Below, piece by piece: positions 58,482 through 64,000 of a stretch of 64,000 nt of DNA. Within the stretch, counting starts at the first letter, position 1. Each line of letters starts with the position of its first letter. Under the pieces are notes generated by a model. That model did not search any database and was not told where the DNA came from. It saw nothing but the letters and a program-made list of their open reading frames with translations. Made by a program: the position numbers and the translations under genes. This DNA is from Pseudomonadota bacterium. GTDB lineage: Bacteria; Myxococcota; JACRCW01; JAFGSX01. The stretch lies in the NCBI GenBank assembly GCA_043821645.1, contig JBDRCO010000037.1:32001-96000 (forward strand), in the 5' to 3' direction.

Positions 58482-59774
58482 TCAGACTCCCGTTTCACTC
58501 CACGCTGCTCCATCCCAGCGCCTCAAGTAAATCTGCATGCGGCCCGAGGATCCGTCTTGCCAGGCCACGACGGGACGCCCACGGCTATCCAGGGCGAGCG
58601 AAGGCAGCCACGAGCCTCCGTCGTTGGCGCTGAGGCCGCCCCCCGACCCTGAGCCACCGAGGGATTGCCAGGACTGACCGTCGTAGCGCCGCAGGTAGAT
58701 CTCCCAGTTGCCGTTGCTGCTATCGTGCCAGACAACGGTGGGCAGCCCTGTGGCATCGAGCGCCAGATCCGCAAACCAGGACTCCGCCGGCGAGGCACTG
58801 ATTCCACCGCCGGTGGCAGATCCTTGCAGCTCGTCCCAGCTCGGAGGGCTGTACCTTCGCAGATCGATCTGCCAGGTCCCGGAGCTGTCATCGCCCCAGG
58901 CCACCAGCGGTCGATCCTGGGCGTCGATCGCGAGCACTGGATTGTACGAGTCACCCGGTGTCGCGCTCAGCCCGCTCGCCTGTGCCGATCCCGCCAGTTG
59001 CTGCCAGGCGATGCCATCAAAAGCGCGCAGCAAGATCTCGGCGGTGCCCGCCTGGTGGTCGTGCCACGCCACAACGGGCTGGCCTGCGCTATCCAGGTCC
59101 AGGGCCACGTACCACGATGCGCCAGCGGTTCTGCTCACGCCTCCGCTGGTGGCCGAGCGGGCCAGCTCCACCCACCCTGTCCCGTCGTGCACGCGCAAGT
59201 AGATCTCCGAGTTGCCGTCGATGGACTCGTGCCAGGCCACCACTGGATGGTCAGAGCTGTCCAGCTTGAGGACGGGGTAGCCTGAGTTATCCGGGGTGTG
59301 ACTGACGCCGCCACTGCTGGCGCTGCCGTCGAGCTCAACCCATGCCTCGCCATTGAAGCGTTTGAAGTAGATTTCCCACTGGCCCGCCGTGTCGTCGTGC
59401 CAGGCCACGGCCGGGCGACCGCCGCTGTCCAGGGCCAGACTGGGTGCCTCGGATTGTCCGGCGCTGTCGCTGACCCCGCCGCCGCTGGCCGAGCCGCCGA
59501 GTTCCTTCCACCGCTCTCCATCATAGTGGCGCACGAAGATTTGCGTTGTACCCGAGGACGAATCCTCCCAGGCCACCAGGGGCTGGTCATTGTTGTCGAG
59601 AATCAGGCTAGGCGAGGCCGCCTGACCCTGGCTCTGGCTGATGCCGAGCGTCCGTGCCGAGCCCGGACGAACTCCGGCGTCCTCGTCGCTGGCGAAGCTC
59701 TCGAAACCGGTCCGGCAGTCTGAGAACAGGAGAGCCGACAGCAGCATCGCCGCGAAGGTAGGTGCCTGTCGCAT
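58482..59774 (-). CDS. Exported seven-repeat beta-propeller protein (probable lipoprotein)
   Basis: Signal-like MRQAPTFAAMLLSALLFSDC; seven ~56-aa repeats PSLALD..GRP.VAW.D.S.G.W.IYLRR.DG..W..L.GSA.GGG. Confidence 0.82.
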   Translation of the reverse strand: MRQAPTFAAMLLSALLFSDCRTGFESFASDEDAGVRPGSARTLGISQSQGQAASPSLILDNNDQPLVAWEDSSSGTTQIFVRHYDGERWKELGGSASGGGVSDSAGQSEAPSLALDSGGRPAVAWHDDTAGQWEIYFKRFNGEAWVELDGSASSGGVSHTPDNSGYPVLKLDSSDHPVVAWHESIDGNSEIYLRVHDGTGWVELARSATSGGVSRTAGASWYVALDLDSAGQPVVAWHDHQAGTAEILLRAFDGIAWQQLAGSAQASGLSATPGDSYNPVLAIDAQDRPLVAWGDDSSGTWQIDLRRYSPPSWDELQGSATGGGISASPAESWFADLALDATGLPTVVWHDSSNGNWEIYLRRYDGQSWQSLGGSGSGGGLSANDGGSWLPSLALDSRGRPVVAWQDGSSGRMQIYLRRWDGAAWSETGV

Positions 59775-59950
59775 GCCGCCATCTTCTCGTGGGTCTGCAC
59801 ACCCGCGCAAGGCGCCCGCGTGCCCGGAGCGGGTGTCAACGCGAGATCCGCACCCGGTCCCGGAGCGCATAGATGATCTGTTCCGCGAAGCCAGGACTCA
59901 CGTACTATGAAACAGGGTAAACTCGATTCAATAAAATCGGGGGTCTCAGT

Positions 59951-62900
59951 ATGACCAGTCCAGACATTGCGAATGGGGCTTTATTGAGCAAGAGAAGGGC
60001 GCTCAGGGGCGGCCTTTCTCTCGGAATCACGGCCCTGTGGGTATCTTTTCTGGGTCCCACACCTGCGGCGCTGGCCCAGTCCACGGCTTTTGTCGAGGAT
60101 TTCGCATGTCCCGTGACCGGCAGCTTCGGAGTTCCAGCGGGCATCTACGGCTGGCAGGCGAGCTGGACCGGGGACGCCTGGCAGACCAGTGTCGATGTGC
60201 CTGGCACCGTGTCACCCAAGACGGATGATCTCGTGGGCAGCAGCTTTGGCGCACCGCTTGACGAGTACGAGAACTTCCTGGTCACGGGTCACCCGCTGTG
60301 GGACGACGTGACCCTGCGGGTCGACGTGGCCAACGCGGACGACGACGCCTTTGGTGTACTGGTGCGCTACACCGCACCCCAGACCTACTACGCCTGCTGG
60401 ATGACCAACCTGCGTGGACCCGACTGCAATGGCGACGGCGGAGACTTCACGCCTGCGATTCGCCTGATGCGGGTGAGCACGGAAAGCTGTGGTGCGAGCA
60501 ACAACTACATCGTCGACGAGGTGGCCTACACCTTTGTCGAGGACATCACCCACTGGTACACGATGGAGCTGAGCGCCATCGGTGGACAGATCACATGCTC
60601 GGTTGATACCGACGAGAATGGCAGCCTGGAGACCGTGCTCCAGTACACCGATCCGAGTCCCCTGGGACCAGGACTTGCGGGCTTGCTGTCCTGGGATAAT
60701 GGCAACATTGCCCAGGCCGGCGCTGGCGGCGACCTCATCTTCGACAACGTCCGCATCACCATCCACGACCCGGACGCGGACGGCGACGGGCTGCCCGACG
60801 CGGTCGAGGCAGACATCGGGACGCTCCCCGACAACCCGGACAGTGACGGCGACGGCATCAGCGATCGCGACGAGGCCATGATGCCTGCTCACGTGCCGGA
60901 CACGGACGGCAGCGGCGGCATCGATCCTCTGGACATCGACTCCGACGGTGACGGGGTTCCTGACCGAGTCGAGGCCGGGGACGCGGACCTGAACACGCCC
61001 CCCATCGACACGGATTGCGACGGCCTGCCGGATTTTCGTGACACCGACTCCGATGGCGACGGCGTGCTCGACGGCGACGAGGATCTGGACGGCGACGGTG
61101 TGCTGGATCCCGGCGAGACCAGCTCCACCATCGTGGACACGGACGGCGATGGCTGGTGCGATGGCTCGAGCAACGTCTCCGGTGTGTGCCAGGGCGGGGA
61201 CAACTGTACCTGGGTCGCCAATCCCGGGCAGGAAGACCAGGATCACGACGGCGTCGGCGATGCCTGCGAGGTGCCGACCGACAGCGATGGTGACGGGCTC
61301 CTGGACAGCGTCGAGACCAGCATAGGCACCGACCCCCACAACCCGGATAGCGACGGCGATGGCATCGGTGACGCGGTCGAGACGGACAACGGCCAGCCCG
61401 GTTTGGACAGCGACGGCGATGGCACCATCGATGCGCTCGACCTCGACAGCGATAGCGATGGCGTGCTCGATCGCGTCGAGGGCACGCGGGACAGCGATGG
61501 TGATGGCACGGGGGACTGGCGCGATCCCGACGATGACGGCGACACCATCCCGACCCGGGTCGAGAACGCACCCTGGGACCCACAACCCGGTGAGACCTCG
61601 GATGGCACGCGCTTCGGCAACGATGTGGACGGCGACGGGATCCCCAATTACCTCGACCGCGACGCCGACGGCGACGGGCTGACAGATGCTGCCGAGGCCG
61701 GGGACACGAACCTGCAGACACCACCCGCAGACGCGGACCAGGACGGCATTCCCGACTACCTGGACCCCTTGCCCGCGGACGGTCCTGACGGTGATGCCGA
61801 TGGGGATGGTCTGACCAATGGCCAGGAATTCGCCCTGGGCACCAACCCACTTGACCCAGACACCGACGGCGATGGCGTGGACGATGGTACCGAGGTCGGC
61901 GACCCGGCCAGCCCGCGCAACACGGACGGGGATGCCCACATCGACGCCCTGGATCCTGACGACGATGGCGACGGCATCCTCACCCTTCGCGAGCGCCAGG
62001 ACGCGGCCGCGCACGGCGACGACCTGGATGGCGACGGTGTGCCCCCCTACCTGGATCTCGAGTCCGATGGCGATGGCATCCCGGACAGCGTGGAGGGTAC
62101 GGGGGATGTGGACGGCGATGGCGCTCCCAACTACCTGGATCTGGATGCGGACGGCGATGGGCGGCCGGATCTGGTCGAGGGGACAGGCGACGACGACAAC
62201 GACGGGTTGCCCAACTTCCTGGACCCCGTGGACGACGACGGCCCGAACGCCGATCCCGACGGCGACGGCTTGATCACGAGCGTCGAGGTGGGACTGGGCA
62301 CGGATCCCTACAACCCGGACAGCGACGGCGATGGCGGCGATGACTCGGAGGAGACCCAGGGCGGCACGGCCAGCGTGGACACCGATGGCGACGGTGTCAT
62401 CGACGCCCTGGACCCGGATGATGACGGCGATGGCATCCTGACTCGTACCGAGCGGGACCACGGCGCGCTGCATGGTGACGACGTGGATGGCGATGGCCAC
62501 CCCAACTGGCTGGACACCGAATCCGATGGAGATGGCCTCGACGACACGGTGGAGGGCACCGGCGACGTGGATGGCGACGGCGTTCCCAATTACCTGGATC
62601 TCGATGCCGATGGCGACGGCAAGCCCGACCAGGTCGAGGGCATCGAGGACCTCGACGGTGACGGCGTGCCGGGCTTCCTGGACCCGGTCGACGACGACGG
62701 GCCCGATGCGGATCCCGATGGCGATGGTCTGACCAACATCCAGGAGACGACCCTAGGCACCGATCCCTACAACCCCGACACCGATGGTGACGGTCTGGAC
62801 GACGCCACGGAGGTCGGGCCTGACCTGGCCAACCCCCAGGACCACGACGGCGATGGAGTGCCCGACGCCCTGGATCCGGACGACGACGGCGACGGTATCC

Positions 62901-63349
62901 TGACCTCGGTCGAGATCGGCGACGGCGCCACCCACGGCAACGACGTCGACGGCGATGGCCACCCCAACTGGCTCGACACCGACGCGGACGGCGATGGCGA
63001 TCCCGATGGTCACGAGGGCCGTGGCGATCCCAACGGTAACGGCGTGCCCAGCTACCTCGATCCGGCCGAGGCCATCGATGTCATCGATGCCGACGGTGAT
63101 GCGGTGGCCGATGCCGCGGACAACTGCCCGGATCGGGCCAACGCGGACCAGGCAGATCGGGATCATGACGGCGTTGGCGACGTCTGCGACCGCGACGCGG
63201 ACGGGGATGGATTCGACGACGCGCTGCGGATCTACGGCGGAGGCATTGCCTGCGACTGTGCCCAGCCCGCAGGTCCGTCACAGACACTCTGGATCCTGGG
63301 TGTTCTTGGCGGCGCAGTGGCCTGGCGCCGGCGCCGAACGCATCCTTAG
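59951..63349 (+). CDS. Large surface adhesin: beta-sandwich head, thrombospondin-type-3 / DxDGDG Ca-binding repeats, MYXO-CTERM-like anchor
   Basis: Signal to AALA-Q; dozens of DxDGDG; DNC..VANP.Q.D.D.DGVGDAC; C-terminus [14 protein letters not shown]. Confidence 0.88.
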   Translation: MTSPDIANGALLSKRRALRGGLSLGITALWVSFLGPTPAALAQSTAFVEDFACPVTGSFGVPAGIYGWQASWTGDAWQTSVDVPGTVSPKTDDLVGSSFGAPLDEYENFLVTGHPLWDDVTLRVDVANADDDAFGVLVRYTAPQTYYACWMTNLRGPDCNGDGGDFTPAIRLMRVSTESCGASNNYIVDEVAYTFVEDITHWYTMELSAIGGQITCSVDTDENGSLETVLQYTDPSPLGPGLAGLLSWDNGNIAQAGAGGDLIFDNVRITIHDPDADGDGLPDAVEADIGTLPDNPDSDGDGISDRDEAMMPAHVPDTDGSGGIDPLDIDSDGDGVPDRVEAGDADLNTPPIDTDCDGLPDFRDTDSDGDGVLDGDEDLDGDGVLDPGETSSTIVDTDGDGWCDGSSNVSGVCQGGDNCTWVANPGQEDQDHDGVGDACEVPTDSDGDGLLDSVETSIGTDPHNPDSDGDGIGDAVETDNGQPGLDSDGDGTIDALDLDSDSDGVLDRVEGTRDSDGDGTGDWRDPDDDGDTIPTRVENAPWDPQPGETSDGTRFGNDVDGDGIPNYLDRDADGDGLTDAAEAGDTNLQTPPADADQDGIPDYLDPLPADGPDGDADGDGLTNGQEFALGTNPLDPDTDGDGVDDGTEVGDPASPRNTDGDAHIDALDPDDDGDGILTLRERQDAAAHGDDLDGDGVPPYLDLESDGDGIPDSVEGTGDVDGDGAPNYLDLDADGDGRPDLVEGTGDDDNDGLPNFLDPVDDDGPNADPDGDGLITSVEVGLGTDPYNPDSDGDGGDDSEETQGGTASVDTDGDGVIDALDPDDDGDGILTRTERDHGALHGDDVDGDGHPNWLDTESDGDGLDDTVEGTGDVDGDGVPNYLDLDADGDGKPDQVEGIEDLDGDGVPGFLDPVDDDGPDADPDGDGLTNIQETTLGTDPYNPDTDGDGLDDATEVGPDLANPQDHDGDGVPDALDPDDDGDGILTSVEIGDGATHGNDVDGDGHPNWLDTDADGDGDPDGHEGRGDPNGNGVPSYLDPAEAIDVIDADGDAVADAADNCPDRANADQADRDHDGVGDVCDRDADGDGFDDALRIYGGGIACDCAQPAGPSQTLWILGVLGGAVAWRRRRTHP
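61778..63063 (+). repeat. 459-bp (153-aa) coding super-repeat, about 2.8 copies
   Basis: Units start DGP at 61778, 62237 and 62696. Confidence 0.85.
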
Positions 63350-63402
63350 TCTCGCGACGTCACCGCGGCGCGCGTTCATGTCAGCAGCTCTGGAGGAAAG
63401 CC

Positions 63403-64000
63403 GTGAGAGACCCCTTCCGCGCCCTGGCCCTGGTGGCCGCGGTGTCGAGCTTCACGCCGGACGCCCTGGCCCAGGAAGCGGCCGATTTCGCCCTCGAACG
63501 TTTGCGTCCGGCCATGGATCGCGAGGGCATCAACGACGTCGAGTCCGGCGAGACGGGTCTGCACCTCGACTATGACGCGGCCCTGTGGCTGGGCTACGCG
63601 CTCAATCCGCTGGTGCTGGTGCGCGCGGATGCCGACGGCAACCTCGAGCGTGTGGGGACCCTGGTGGGCCATCGTCTTGGCGGCAACCTGGTGGCGTCGG
63701 TGAACCTCTTCGACTGGGTCAAGCTGGGCCTCGACCTGCCCTTCGTGCTGTACCAGGACCGCGGCGGGGGCTTACCTCGCGACCTCGCCGATCTCGACGC
63801 CCTTCAACCCGTCGGTCTCGGCGATCTTCGCCTGATTCCCAAGGTCGCCCTGTTGCAGCAGGACTGGGCAGCAGTCAACCTGGCACTGCTGCTGCCGTTC
63901 ACGCTGCCCACGCACATCCCCGGTGCTGCGTACCTCGGTGACAGCTTCCTCACCGTGGCTCCTGAGCTTGCGATCTCGCAGAACCTCGGGCCCTTCACCT
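63403..64000 (+). CDS. TraB-like / OmpA-family outer-membrane beta-barrel protein, 3' end truncated by window
   Basis: Not in ORF track. GTG with GGAGG RBS: MRDPFRALALVAAVSSFTPDALAQ...FALERLRPAMD...GYALNPLVL...LVGHRL...LGLDLP...GLGDLRLIPK; open to the edge. Confidence 0.75.
   Translation, partial: MRDPFRALALVAAVSSFTPDALAQEAADFALERLRPAMDREGINDVESGETGLHLDYDAALWLGYALNPLVLVRADADGNLERVGTLVGHRLGGNLVASVNLFDWVKLGLDLPFVLYQDRGGGLPRDLADLDALQPVGLGDLRLIPKVALLQQDWAAVNLALLLPFTLPTHIPGAAYLGDSFLTVAPELAISQNLGPFT

Overview
High-GC bacterial chromosome segment, most likely from Myxococcota or a related deltaproteobacterium (four MYXO-CTERM-like C-termini, a TraB-like beta-barrel, many Asp-rich secreted lipoproteins). 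About 45 protein genes; no rRNA, tRNA, CRISPR array, transposase or integrase recognised. Main blocks: (1) a GlgE-type alpha-glucan operon (divergent glgC/glgD-like, glgM, an embedded exported glycoside-hydrolase-like lipoprotein, glgE, the last missed by the ORF track); (2) a radical 2-hydroxyacyl-CoA dehydratase / activator / NDP-forming acyl-CoA ligase / SSS transporter operon; (3) a minus-strand operon whose small membrane protein has an in-frame UGA followed by a textbook bacterial SECIS-like hairpin, a candidate new selenoprotein ending C-G-K-V-G-U-S-H (the top finding); (4) lipid and acyl-CoA metabolism genes, with a lower-GC methyltransferase-membrane gene bracketed by a 233-bp duplication of an acyl-CoA dehydrogenase 3' end; (5) a signal-less LysM-NlpC/P60-like protein and an MMPL plus lipoprotein pair; (6) a signal-less 1176-aa Ig-repeat protein; (7) surface-anchored enzymes and adhesins, PduL, a Mo-bisPGD oxidoreductase, transporters and a hybrid kinase; (8) a TSP3-repeat adhesin followed by a TraB-like barrel truncated by the window end. 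All family calls come from motif recognition by eye; no searches were run. Several starts were moved from the ORF track to RBS-supported codons.
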